Origin: Mycobacterium phage prophi79-1
Length of the DNA stretch: 64,000 nt
Strand: one strand, 5' to 3'
Sequence record: MW584153.1
Of the stretch, positions 37,950-46,971 are shown in pieces. Numbering within the stretch: the stretch's first letter is position 1; every line of letters starts with the position of its first letter. Both the position numbers and the translations under genes were made by a program. The notes under the pieces were generated by a model that ran no database searches, had not been told where the DNA came from, and was given only the letters and a program-made list of their open reading frames with translations.

Positions 37950-38570
37950 GTGCTTGGCGCGTCGTTGCACCGGCCTGTCACCGTGATTGCTTACCGTGCG
38001 CGTATGGGACAAGCCCCTACGCAGCAGCGATGGATGCCAGATGACCAGTTGATCCCCGCGGTGCTCGCCGGGAACTCGCGAAGGATGGAAGATCTCGACA
38101 TACCGGATCGCTGCTGGTTGGTCGCGGGCCTGACGCTGGCAGGTCTGACCGCCGAGGAGATCGCCGATCGGCTGTGCTGCTGTCTGCGGCTTGTGCGCTC
38201 GGTCCGTGCCATGGAGCTGACCATGGTCTGCACGCTCATGCAGAAGGACGCGAACAACTTCGCCGATGAGCTGCGTCTGGCGCATGGGGAACTCAAGGCC
38301 CGAGACCATGAACTCGATGAGCTGCGTGCGGAGCTGGCGCGCACCAAGGGCAAGCTGGACCGGATGATCGACGAGAAAATCGTCGGATTCCGAATCTGCG
38401 AGAACGGGCATGTCATGGACCGGTACAACTCTTACGTTCAGGAGAAGACCGGAAAGACCTTTTGCCGCGCCTGCAATCGCGACAAACAACAGGAGTTCCG
38501 CGATCAGCGCAAGGTGCTCAAGAGCAGCATCCCGAACCTGGTGCTGGCCGCGATACCCCCAAATTCGTAA
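37950..38570 (+). CDS. HTH plus C-terminal zinc-finger regulator-like protein
   Basis: GTG start 3 nt after the upstream stop. LAGLTAEEIADRL HTH-like, coiled coil, CENGHV...CRAC. Confidence 0.55.
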   Translation: MLGASLHRPVTVIAYRARMGQAPTQQRWMPDDQLIPAVLAGNSRRMEDLDIPDRCWLVAGLTLAGLTAEEIADRLCCCLRLVRSVRAMELTMVCTLMQKDANNFADELRLAHGELKARDHELDELRAELARTKGKLDRMIDEKIVGFRICENGHVMDRYNSYVQEKTGKTFCRACNRDKQQEFRDQRKVLKSSIPNLVLAAIPPNS

Positions 38571-38609
38571 CAGGCGTTGTTGTTACGTCGTCGGCCCCTC
38601 ACAGGACGG

Positions 38610-39155
38610 TCAGCGCACTAGTTCAGTACAGATGGTGAATCGGCGTATGGGATGGGCATATCCGGTGCACATGTTGCCGTTAGGCGCATTCAGGACAAGG
38701 TTGGTCGCGCGGAATCGGCGTGGTGCCGTGGTGTCATTGCATGGGACTGCGCGGGTGGCTTCGTCGGTGATGCTCAGGCAGCCGGGGTTGGCCCAGTACA
38801 GGTCCAGGCATGCGGTCCATTCGCCAGCCGGGGTGTTCCGGTAGTAGCGCCGATCGACGTCGCGGACACAGTCTTTGGGCTCGACGACCCTCTGAACGAT
38901 GCGGTGTGTGGCGTCGGGGGATTCGCACTTGGTGAGCACCATGGCAGCGTTCGTACGTTTCCCTGTGATCTTGACGCACGAGCCCACCGGGGCCTCCTCT
39001 GCTCCCGCTGTCGTCGTGGTCGCGGGATCGGGGAACTGGTCGGGGATCTTCGCGTAATTCGGTCCGGGCGGCTCTGCCGGCGGGGCGCTCTGGCAGCCGG
39101 ACATGGCGACCATGGAGAGCACGGCCCCGAGCGCCAACGTGGCGGGTCTGATCAA
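38610..39155 (-). CDS. lipoprotein
   Basis: TTGA overlap start. Lipobox VAMSGC. Confidence 0.55.
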   Translation of the reverse strand: MIRPATLALGAVLSMVAMSGCQSAPPAEPPGPNYAKIPDQFPDPATTTTAGAEEAPVGSCVKITGKRTNAAMVLTKCESPDATHRIVQRVVEPKDCVRDVDRRYYRNTPAGEWTACLDLYWANPGCLSITDEATRAVPCNDTTAPRRFRATNLVLNAPNGNMCTGYAHPIRRFTICTELVR

Positions 39156-39658
39156 CGCTCGTCCCCGATGTATCGGTCGACGCTCATGACTTTCCACTTA
39201 CCGCCAGTTCGATACATGTTGTAGCGAACTCGGGCCCCGGGGGAGAAGTAGATATCTTCTGGTTTCGGGTTTTTCTGATCTTCGTACTCGGTGTAGACGT
39301 ATGCGACATAAACGATATCGCCCCGTGCCAGAATGCTGAAATCATGAATATGCATCGGGCCGTGCTTTTCGATTTGATACGCCATTTTACGGACGTAGCC
39401 CGCCCTGGCCTGAGGATTGAGTTCTTCCTCGGCAAGCCCGGTGGACAACGATCCGATGCGTGTCAGATCGCCGGTGTTTAGCGCGTCGATATATTGTTCG
39501 ATCACGGCACGGACTTCCGCATCATTCTTATCGGATGCGTCGCTGGGATGCTGCATGCACAAAACGTATGTCAATAAAGAGGCAACTGCAATAGTCGCGA
39601 CCCAGGCCACTCCGATGATAGCTGCTCGTCGGCTGAACCGTTCTCGGATAGAAGTCAT
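39152..39658 (-). CDS. membrane-anchored NTF2/SnoaL-like protein
   Basis: N-terminal TM segment followed by an NTF2-like composition. ATGA overlap. Confidence 0.55.
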   Translation of the reverse strand: MTSIRERFSRRAAIIGVAWVATIAVASLLTYVLCMQHPSDASDKNDAEVRAVIEQYIDALNTGDLTRIGSLSTGLAEEELNPQARAGYVRKMAYQIEKHGPMHIHDFSILARGDIVYVAYVYTEYEDQKNPKPEDIYFSPGARVRYNMYRTGGKWKVMSVDRYIGDER

Positions 39659-41124
39659 CACGCTCCTGTCACCACGCCTTGAGCTAGGCACTGTGTGGTC
39701 TTGGACCACGGCACCTTCTGCCAGGCCCCCTCAACGAACTCCGTTGCTTGGAAGTCCTCTTTGAAACGATTGGATTGACCGCCGATGGACCAGTTCAAGC
39801 TTGTATCCATCGGAATGACGTCGCGGTCATCGTCTTCTGTTCCCATCCACGTCAGGTCGGGAATATGGCCTGGAGCCTTGTTTTTGAAAGCGTCTGCCCC
39901 GTATCTAAGTATAGCTCTGGCCTTATCGGCATCTTTGCGGCCCTGCATGCCCTTAGTTGAGCGTTTGATCACCATTCCGCCCAACCGTTCATTCCTTTTA
40001 ATTAGGTCGTTGCCGCCATCAATGTATGCCTGTAGTCCCTTTTTAGTGAATTCAGAGGGGGTGACGATATCGCGGGGCAGGCAGATGGCGACCTTGCCCT
40101 TGCAGTTCGGCTTGCCGACCTCGCACTTGTCCTCGAAGTTTTCCATCCAGTCATCGATGAGGCCCTCGCATGCCTGCTTCGCGGCGGGATCGGGTACGAA
40201 CTTGCATAGCGGGTTCTGCGGCTGCCGATCCGGAGGGCAATCCCCACACGAAAGCGGCTCCACCGGCAAACGTCCCGGCGAGCGCTCACCGTCAGGGCCC
40301 AGCGATCCACCACCGCCCTTGGGCAGCACGACCTCGGCCGCGTCCCCGATCTTCTGCGCGACATCGGCGACCTGCCCAGCCGTCTGGGTGATCTGATCCA
40401 TCTGCTGCGACATCGCCTCACAGCGCTGTTGCCGCTGCTGATCCCCCTGGTCCTGCTGTTCCTGCTGCTGCTGTTGCTCGGGCTGGTTCTGCTGCTCTTG
40501 ATTCTGTTGCGGCGACTGCTGCTGTTGCTGCCCCTGTTGTGGAGACTGCTGACCCTGCTGAGGTGAACTCTGCTGCGGTGCTTGATAATCAGGGTTCGGC
40601 TTACCCGGCCCCTGCGTGTACCCCGGCGCCGTGGAGTAATTGGGCATCTGAGTCCCATGAGCGGGCTGATCCCAGCTCTGTTGCGGCTGCTGCCCGCCCT
40701 GCTGACCCGGAACCTGCTGTGGCGCTTGCGGATTGCCGGAATTGTATATTGAGATGCCCGAGTTCTGATCCAGCGGCGGTAAGTTGTTGCCGCCCTGGTA
40801 ATCCGGCATCGACGGCGGCATCCCGGGTGGCTGGAAGGCAGAGCCCCCGCCGTCGGTCATGCCGCCGGTCGGTCCCGGCGGGCCGGTCGGTTCCGCGCCT
40901 ACCGTCGCCAGCGTGGAGAAGCCACTGCCCGGGGCCGTGTGCATCGTCGCGACCTGAACGGTGCCAACCCCAACCGCCAGGACTGCGACCGCGACCAGTG
41001 CGGCACGGACCCGCTGACGTGCGCGCTGAACTACCGGCTTGTCGGGATGATGTTGCAGTACGCGGCACCAGTATGCCTTGTAGTGGTTGCCTGAATCGAT
41101 GTCCCCGGAGGCCATGGGGAACAT
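39658..41124 (-). CDS. large membrane-anchored protein with Gln/Pro-rich low-complexity linker and Cys-rich C-terminal domain
   Basis: 488 aa. TM near aa 40-60, an about 170-aa Q/P-rich tract, then a distinct C-terminal domain with 10 Cys. Confidence 0.65.
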   Translation of the reverse strand: MFPMASGDIDSGNHYKAYWCRVLQHHPDKPVVQRARQRVRAALVAVAVLAVGVGTVQVATMHTAPGSGFSTLATVGAEPTGPPGPTGGMTDGGGSAFQPPGMPPSMPDYQGGNNLPPLDQNSGISIYNSGNPQAPQQVPGQQGGQQPQQSWDQPAHGTQMPNYSTAPGYTQGPGKPNPDYQAPQQSSPQQGQQSPQQGQQQQQSPQQNQEQQNQPEQQQQQEQQDQGDQQRQQRCEAMSQQMDQITQTAGQVADVAQKIGDAAEVVLPKGGGGSLGPDGERSPGRLPVEPLSCGDCPPDRQPQNPLCKFVPDPAAKQACEGLIDDWMENFEDKCEVGKPNCKGKVAICLPRDIVTPSEFTKKGLQAYIDGGNDLIKRNERLGGMVIKRSTKGMQGRKDADKARAILRYGADAFKNKAPGHIPDLTWMGTEDDDRDVIPMDTSLNWSIGGQSNRFKEDFQATEFVEGAWQKVPWSKTTQCLAQGVVTGA

Positions 41125-41223
41125 GGTAAAGCACGTTGAACTGGGGCGAAAGCTGATCCAGAAAACAATCTTGATTCTTTGCCCTTGCAGTGGATGCGAC
41201 CTGCGGAAAGGTAGCCGATCGTG

Positions 41224-41273
41224 TTGAGTGTCCGCAGATGGTCACTCAATTTCGTACCAACCTGGTTGGTACG
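41224..41273 (-). promoter_or_regulatory. paired inverted repeats (TTGAGTG...CACTCAA and CGTACCAACCtGGTTGGTACG) upstream of the 488-aa gene
   Basis: Perfect 10-bp palindrome. Sequence differs from the genome-wide operator. Confidence 0.5.
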
Positions 41274-41291
41274 CGAGTCTGACTACTGCCG

Positions 41292-41633
41292 TCAGAGACG
41301 TCGTCGATACCGCCGCTCAAAGAGGTAGTCCGGACGCTCTAGCTGGAACATGCTGGGCGGCAGCCATAGGGTCATCGTGATGTCATACAGCTCGTTGGAG
41401 CTTTGGGCCTCAACCTTGACGATGCCTAACCAGTGGGAATCGTGTGTCCTTATCCATGCGATTTGATGGCCCCGCATCCACTCCTCGATGCGGAGACCGT
41501 CGGCGCGGACCGAGATGTTGCGGTTCCTGACGAACCCTCCGACGCATCCGGGTAGCGCCTTGCGCATGTCCACGTAGACCTGCCGATATACCCGCTTAAA
41601 TGTGCGCGGATTCTCTGCCCAGCGCTCGAACAT
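41292..41633 (-). CDS. hypothetical protein
   Basis: 113 aa, GC3 about 70%. Confidence 0.5.
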   Translation of the reverse strand: MFERWAENPRTFKRVYRQVYVDMRKALPGCVGGFVRNRNISVRADGLRIEEWMRGHQIAWIRTHDSHWLGIVKVEAQSSNELYDITMTLWLPPSMFQLERPDYLFERRYRRRL

Positions 41634-41675
41634 ACATTCGATTATAGGATTCGGGCATACCTGTTGGCCGGAAGG

Positions 41676-42092
41676 TCAGAAGGCGACATCGCCCATGTTG
41701 ACCGAGGTAAACCACTCGTTACCGTGCTTGTCCTGGTGGAGCCCAACATGGAGGAACGGCTCAATACACGGGCCAGCGCCAAGGGTGCTGGGTCGCTCGC
41801 CGCACAGAATGGGCCGTGATGCCCGCCGCTGCAGCTCGGCAGCCTCGATGGCCTGCTTCGCCTTGAGCGTGCGACGCTCCGAGATCTTGTGGTCAAGCCA
41901 GATCCATCCGAACCCCACCGCCGCGGCGAGCGCAGCCATGAACACGATCACGTACACCACGGCGGCTGCCACCGAGAATGCATCGCGCAGGAAGTCGAAC
42001 CCGTTGAAGAACCCGTAGGAGACCACCCCGGCGGTGGCGAAGCAGACAGCAGTCGTGCCGGCGCTCAGCTGCCCGGTCTTCTTGAGGCTCAT
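41676..42092 (-). CDS. membrane protein (2-3 TM)
   Basis: 138 aa with hydrophobic segments. Confidence 0.5.
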   Translation of the reverse strand: MSLKKTGQLSAGTTAVCFATAGVVSYGFFNGFDFLRDAFSVAAAVVYVIVFMAALAAAVGFGWIWLDHKISERRTLKAKQAIEAAELQRRASRPILCGERPSTLGAGPCIEPFLHVGLHQDKHGNEWFTSVNMGDVAF

Positions 42093-42150
42093 GGCGCGAT
42101 CATTTCACTGGCGTCCGACACGCACCAGGACACGTCGTTAGACTGTTGAT

Positions 42151-42199
42151 GCCAGCCGCCCTACCCCTTAGGGACCCCCTCGGGGTGGCTGGCATTTTT
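42151..42199 (+). terminator. plus-strand hairpin followed by TTTTT, with no called plus-strand gene upstream
   Basis: GCCAGCCGCCCTACCCC...GGGGTGGCTGGC ATTTTT. Confidence 0.35.
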
Positions 42200-42224
42200 C
42201 GTGTCACGTGACAGTTCGGTCTGG

Positions 42225-42428
42225 TCATGGCGTTGTGGTGCTGGTGGTCCACACCGCGGTTTCATCATCGCGAAAGGTCGATGTGAGTCCAGTGACGTGG
42301 TCGATGATCGTCACACCCCGGATGCCACCGAGGTCTGCCGCCTTGAGTTTTCGCCATACGTCTACCGGATTCATTCGCTTCCCGTTGGGCAGCCGCTCCT
42401 GGTCGGTGTAGACGACGATGTCGATCAT
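42225..42428 (-). CDS. hypothetical protein (67 aa)
   Basis: AGGAG SD. The Arg-rich upstream part of the track ORF was rejected. Confidence 0.45.
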   Translation of the reverse strand: MIDIVVYTDQERLPNGKRMNPVDVWRKLKAADLGGIRGVTIIDHVTGLTSTFRDDETAVWTTSTTTP

Positions 42429-42673
42429 CGTGTGGCTCCTGTCAGTTCGCGCACTCGGGCGGGGGAGACGCGTCGGTGGGTAGGGCATAGGTGCGTGTTC
42501 CCGTCCTGCCGCCATCCCGCGCTGCGGGCGCGGGCCTGTACCACGAACCAATCGAGCTTTCCTTCGACGCTGAACTCGCTGTCGCACCCGGCCGCATCGC
42601 AGGTGATGTACCGGCACGTGTGGCGCGACATCAGAAGCACTCTCCGGCATGGTGCAGCAGGCAGTCGGGGCAT
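42425..42673 (-). CDS. zinc-finger protein
   Basis: CRYITCDAAGC...CPTH. ATGA overlap downstream. Confidence 0.4.
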   Translation of the reverse strand: MPRLPAAPCRRVLLMSRHTCRYITCDAAGCDSEFSVEGKLDWFVVQARARSAGWRQDGNTHLCPTHRRVSPARVRELTGATR

Positions 42674-42743
42674 AGCGGCTCGGACTTGGTCACTGCCAAC
42701 GGATCTGGTGTGGGCTCGCCGTCCGCGAGATCGAATGCGCTCA

Positions 42744-43022
42744 TCAGGAAAATCCGTCCAGCCCGAGTTCCGCTACCCAATCACCCTCGTAGTACGCCGG
42801 TGGGTCGATCACCACGGCGTCGTCGTGCTCAAGGATGTACTCGACGCTCGCGCCTTCGCCCACGTTCACCGTGGTTGACCCCTGCAGATGGTAGATCTGG
42901 CGCAGTTCGGCGTCGATGATCTCGGTGACCCTGGTGTTCTCGTTGAACCGCCGGAATCGGATGATGTTGCCGATGTTCGTGCCGTTCAGATCTTTGGCGA
43001 GAACGCAATTTGTCTTGTTCAC
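42744..43022 (-). CDS. hypothetical protein
   Basis: GTGA overlap start (VNKTN...). 92 aa. Confidence 0.45.
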   Translation of the reverse strand: MNKTNCVLAKDLNGTNIGNIIRFRRFNENTRVTEIIDAELRQIYHLQGSTTVNVGEGASVEYILEHDDAVVIDPPAYYEGDWVAELGLDGFS

Positions 43023-43423
43023 CGTGCACCCCGCGACGCGTAGTGCTTGTCGATGAACTTCTGTCGTCGCCCGAACATCGAGCTCACCACAATGTCGTTC
43101 GCGTCCTGTTCGCTCAGGCCGGACTTCTCGTTGGCGGCTTTCACGTAGGACTGGACCCACGTCGCGTCGACGGCCGGCGACGCCGCGGCGAACGGGTAGT
43201 AGCCAGGCTCATTCTCGGTGACCAGTCCAACGCCCATCGCCTCATCGAAGTACAGGCATTGGCGCGGCTCACCGTCCTTTACCTTTCGCAGCATGACCTC
43301 GGCCAGGCCGCACCGATTGCAGATGTAGGTGGAGTTGTCCACCCGCGACAGTGAATTGCGGACAGCTGGTTCAGCCATGATGTCGCCGCAAAGGGGGCAA
43401 CGAGATTGGGGTGACGTGCTCAA
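43019..43423 (-). CDS. zinc-ribbon protein (CPLCG...CNRCG)
   Basis: TTG start after a GGAAAGGAA SD (alternative ATG at 43378). First gene after promoter module 43.4k. Confidence 0.5.
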   Translation of the reverse strand: MSTSPQSRCPLCGDIMAEPAVRNSLSRVDNSTYICNRCGLAEVMLRKVKDGEPRQCLYFDEAMGVGLVTENEPGYYPFAAASPAVDATWVQSYVKAANEKSGLSEQDANDIVVSSMFGRRQKFIDKHYASRGAR

Positions 43424-43438
43424 AGGTTTATTTCCTTT

Positions 43439-43501
43439 CCGGGCGGGTTCACTCCCTGCCTCATCAACTCTAATACTACCTGCTGTTGTAGGTAGTGTCA
43501 A
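43439..43501 (-). promoter_or_regulatory. conserved promoter/operator/leader module (TTGACA, ACTACCTgctgttgtAGGTAGT, GAGGCAGGGAGTGAACCCGCCC)
   Basis: As for the other copies. Confidence 0.6.
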
Positions 43502-43506
43502 TGCTC

Positions 43507-43992
43507 TCAGGTGGTTGACAGAGCCAGAATGATTCCGAGTCCTACACCAAGGGCAATGGATCGTTCGTTCACACGATACGAACGTGTGAAGAGTGTCGGA
43601 ATCGACGCCGCGGCGAAAACGCCTGCATAGGTTGCCATTTTGAAGGCGATTGTGGGGGCGCCGTTGTGAACTGTCTCGGGAAGGCCAGCGACGACGGACC
43701 GCCAGGTCACGATCGCGAATACGCACATTCCTGCAACGATCATCCAGGCGGTGTTGCCGTGCTCTGAATTGTCTTGGCACTTGCGTCGAGCGCGCAGAGC
43801 GAGCATGTCGGATATCAGTGGAATGAGGAGCCCGCAACACATCACCAGAGCCCACATTGCGAGATGGACTTCGGGCTTTGTAACGTCTTTGGCAGCGAGC
43901 GCCGATACCGCCACTGGCGATGCCAGTATCGCCAATGGCGTTGCTGTGCCTAGACAAAACGGTGATATGCAGCCATAACCGAACTTGGCCAC
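43507..43992 (-). CDS. 5-TM membrane protein (candidate immunity protein)
   Basis: GTG start 5 nt after the lipoprotein stop (alternative ATG at 43857). Hydrophobic segments. The N-terminal 175 aa of the track ORF is Arg/Ser-rich junk. Confidence 0.5.
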   Translation of the reverse strand: MAKFGYGCISPFCLGTATPLAILASPVAVSALAAKDVTKPEVHLAMWALVMCCGLLIPLISDMLALRARRKCQDNSEHGNTAWMIVAGMCVFAIVTWRSVVAGLPETVHNGAPTIAFKMATYAGVFAAASIPTLFTRSYRVNERSIALGVGLGIILALSTT

Positions 43993-43996
43993 CGGG

Positions 43997-44752
43997 CTAC
44001 GCCTTGCTGCCCTCGGGCCAGCCTGGGTCCGGCGGCAAGGTTGGCGGTGGCTCCGACACTTTCTTGGGGTTGGGCAGATTCGTTGGCGTTCCCGGCGCAA
44101 ATTTGACGCACTGTGGCAAGGTCGTCGCGATCTGTGGGTCGTAGTCGAAGAGCACCCATGTGCCGAACACGTTGTCCCTGGGCCGTTTGGCTGGGCCTTT
44201 TTGGTGGGCAGGTGGCGCGTGCTGCTGGTCGGCTGAGAGTTTCGGGTCGGGGCCGAAGCTGATCCACTCGCCGCCATTCGTCGGTTTCGGCCCTGGGCCT
44301 GAGTATTGACCGTCTTCGAGCTGTCCTGCCGACTGTGAGGTGTAGGCGCAGACCCCGGCCTTGTATCGGTCGCCGTCACGGCTAAGCGCGACGATTTCGT
44401 AGTAGACCGTACCGACCAAGGGGCGCTCGTATCGGACGGTGCCGCCGACCTCCTCCGGCTTCCATGGGGTGTTTGGGGCGTTGAAGGCGTGGTCAAAGCC
44501 GGGGTATCCACCGGCCCTGATCGCATCTAAGCCATATCCCTGCCCCGCTTGGGCTGCCCGCCAGGATTCCATCGTGGCGCGGATAAAGGTGCCTTCGGGG
44601 GACATGAGGTCTGCGGCGGGGTTGGGTATCCATCGAGCGGTGGTGTGGTCGTTGGAATCCCACGGCGCAGGGGCTTTAGGGCTGTCATGGGTGCACGACA
44701 CCAGCAGGAGGGCAGCGGCGGCGAGCGCTACATGAGTGGAGCGCGGTGTCAC
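43997..44752 (-). CDS. lipoprotein (candidate immunity protein)
   Basis: Lipobox LLLVSC. Stop overlaps the toxin gene (ATGA-type). Confidence 0.6.
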   Translation of the reverse strand: MTPRSTHVALAAAALLLVSCTHDSPKAPAPWDSNDHTTARWIPNPAADLMSPEGTFIRATMESWRAAQAGQGYGLDAIRAGGYPGFDHAFNAPNTPWKPEEVGGTVRYERPLVGTVYYEIVALSRDGDRYKAGVCAYTSQSAGQLEDGQYSGPGPKPTNGGEWISFGPDPKLSADQQHAPPAHQKGPAKRPRDNVFGTWVLFDYDPQIATTLPQCVKFAPGTPTNLPNPKKVSEPPPTLPPDPGWPEGSKA

Positions 44753-46971
44753 TTACTGGGCTCCGGTCCCCAGCCGCGGTATCGGCGTCCCATGTCCTGC
44801 TGGTCGTTCCAGTGCTCCATGTTGAAGTTGTAATCCCGTGGGGCGGTGTGCTGTAACCACCTCGACAGATCCGACTGCGCCTGGCCCCTGCCCTGGGAAT
44901 CCAGGTTCGATATGTCGAAGTGTCCGTTGTGAATGTATTGACCGATGTCGGGATCGTTGGCGATGCCTGGGTGGGCTTGCAGGAGGGCATCGAGGACGCT
45001 GGTTTGGTACGCCTGTATGTTGCCGAAACTGCCTGATTGAGCGAGGTTTTGGGCGAAGCCCTCGGGTAGTTTCGACGCATCGTCGATGTGTTTTTGTGCG
45101 GTGTCAAGGACTTCGATGGCATCGCCCACGTGGGGCAGCTTGCCCAGTAGCTTCTTGGCAGCTTCCATGCCTTCGTCGGCGGGTTTGTCAGCGACCGAGT
45201 CCAGTGCCCCATCGGCCAGGCCCTGAGAGAGTCGCCCGGCGGCGTTGAGATCTAGGTCCGAGCCGGTGCGGGCGGCGTCGTTGAGGAGCTGCTGGTGCTG
45301 TTGATGTCCGGCTTCGTTGATGATGTCGCCGGAGTATTGGCCCTTGTCGAAGGTGGAGATCATGTCCCGCATCTCGTCGGCCTTGGTGAACGGCTTGATG
45401 CCGGGGTCTTGCCGATGGGTGGGGTCCGAATCGGCGAACTGGCTCAGGTACTCACCCTCGACTTTGGCTGTGGTTCCGGCCATTTCGGGGTTGTTCTGGG
45501 CGAAGTTGCCGCCCCCGGCCATGTGCTGCAATTCGTCTTTGTGCTCGGCTATGTAGTGACCCACCTGGTTGGCGACCTCGGCCCCCTTCTGGGAGTGATC
45601 GCCAGCCCAGGCCAGGGTGTCATCGACCTTGCCGGACTGATCCCCGTAGTTCTCACCCAGCACACCGCGGAGGAACTTCTCGCCCTCGGTGGGCTCAGCG
45701 GTGACGATCTCGTGGACCCCCACCTGATCTTGCGCACCGCTCTTATAGATGTCGGCTAGGGCGTTGGTCAGCGGGCCATGGGCATCGGAGGTCAGGTGTG
45801 CAGGTTTTTCGGCCGAGTGGCTGTCGATGTCAGCGTTGGAGTACTGGCTGGCCGCATCCAGCATCGCCTTTCCGGCTTCGGAGCCGTTGAGGTAGGGGCC
45901 AGCGCCGTCGAAGATCTTGGCCATCGCTTGCATGTCGTCAACGCCGCGCAGTTCAATGTTCGGCAACCCGGCCTTGTCGGCGGCGGGGCCAACACCGAGC
46001 GGGCCACTAGCGACCCGATCACCACGGGTCATCTCGGCGACCATGCCATCGGACAAGTTGGCCAGTGATCCGGCGCCGGGGATGAAGTTCTTCTTGGTGG
46101 CCTCGGTGACACCGCTGGTGTTCTCCACACCGGAGCGGACCTGGTCGTTGGCGACTATCGCGAGGGCGCGGGTCATGGCATCGCGTTGCGCGGGCGGTAA
46201 CCCAGCCTTGATGGCGGCGATCTGGTCAGGTGTCTTGCCGTCGAAGGAGTGCGCGAACTGGTACAGGTACTGCATCCGGTTCGACCCAATGTCGATCTTC
46301 TTGCCAGTTGCGAGGTCTTGGAGCTGCTGAGCATCCAGCGTGGACGCGGCCTGCACACGGCCCAACACGTCGGTGTCCCATTGGGTGCCGCCTTGCAAGT
46401 AGGCGCCATCGAGGTGTCCGGCGTTGGCCGTCAGACCGCCGATGGGGTTGTAGGAAGTGTTCAGCTCGCCGATGATCGCCCGGATTTCGCCTTGGGCCTC
46501 CTCCTCGGCAGCCCACCAGGTGTCGTAGGCGGCGCGGATCTCGCGGGTGACGCGTTCGGCGACTTTCTTGCCCTGTGCGATGAGTTCGGGGGTGGCGCGT
46601 GGCGGCACGATCCAGTCCACTTTGAGGTCTTCGGAGACGGTGTAGCCGTGGCTGGTCATATCGTTGTAGATCTGAACTGGCTTGCTGTGGCTCTCTTTGA
46701 CCTTGAACGCCAACGTGTTCAATGCATCGTTGCCTTCATCGCGGACACGCTCGGTGGCTCCGTAGACCACCTTCTCGTCGGCGGCTGCGGTGTCCTGGGC
46801 GGCGGTGGCGGCCTTGCCCTGCCATTCCTGGCCGCCTGGTCTCTCGATGGCGTGTTTGTAGGACTTGGCCTCACCCTGCAATTCAGTGGCCGCCAGGATC
46901 GCCTGGCGCATGCCCTCGATGGCATTCTCCGGCTTGGTGGACAACAGCATCCGCAACGAATACCCGGCCAT
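44749..46971 (-). CDS. WXG100-type (type VII secretion-like) polymorphic toxin candidate
   Basis: N-terminal about 100 aa with a helical hairpin and W-x-G (QEWQGKAATAAQ). Long Ala/Gly/Asp-rich central region. Distinct C-terminal domain. 740 aa. Confidence 0.65.
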   Translation of the reverse strand: MAGYSLRMLLSTKPENAIEGMRQAILAATELQGEAKSYKHAIERPGGQEWQGKAATAAQDTAAADEKVVYGATERVRDEGNDALNTLAFKVKESHSKPVQIYNDMTSHGYTVSEDLKVDWIVPPRATPELIAQGKKVAERVTREIRAAYDTWWAAEEEAQGEIRAIIGELNTSYNPIGGLTANAGHLDGAYLQGGTQWDTDVLGRVQAASTLDAQQLQDLATGKKIDIGSNRMQYLYQFAHSFDGKTPDQIAAIKAGLPPAQRDAMTRALAIVANDQVRSGVENTSGVTEATKKNFIPGAGSLANLSDGMVAEMTRGDRVASGPLGVGPAADKAGLPNIELRGVDDMQAMAKIFDGAGPYLNGSEAGKAMLDAASQYSNADIDSHSAEKPAHLTSDAHGPLTNALADIYKSGAQDQVGVHEIVTAEPTEGEKFLRGVLGENYGDQSGKVDDTLAWAGDHSQKGAEVANQVGHYIAEHKDELQHMAGGGNFAQNNPEMAGTTAKVEGEYLSQFADSDPTHRQDPGIKPFTKADEMRDMISTFDKGQYSGDIINEAGHQQHQQLLNDAARTGSDLDLNAAGRLSQGLADGALDSVADKPADEGMEAAKKLLGKLPHVGDAIEVLDTAQKHIDDASKLPEGFAQNLAQSGSFGNIQAYQTSVLDALLQAHPGIANDPDIGQYIHNGHFDISNLDSQGRGQAQSDLSRWLQHTAPRDYNFNMEHWNDQQDMGRRYRGWGPEPSK

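Noticed and set aside
39785-40396. 203-aa plus-strand ORF and other Ser/Arg/Pro-rich ORFs opposite the Gln/Pro-rich membrane protein gene.
   Set aside because: Antisense and shifted-frame artefacts of the low-complexity CAG/CCG-rich coding region.
43507-44526. 339-aa ORF upstream of the membrane protein.
   Set aside because: The N-terminal 175 aa is Arg/Ser/Thr-rich junk overlapping the lipoprotein gene on the same strand. The real gene is the C-terminal 116-161 aa.
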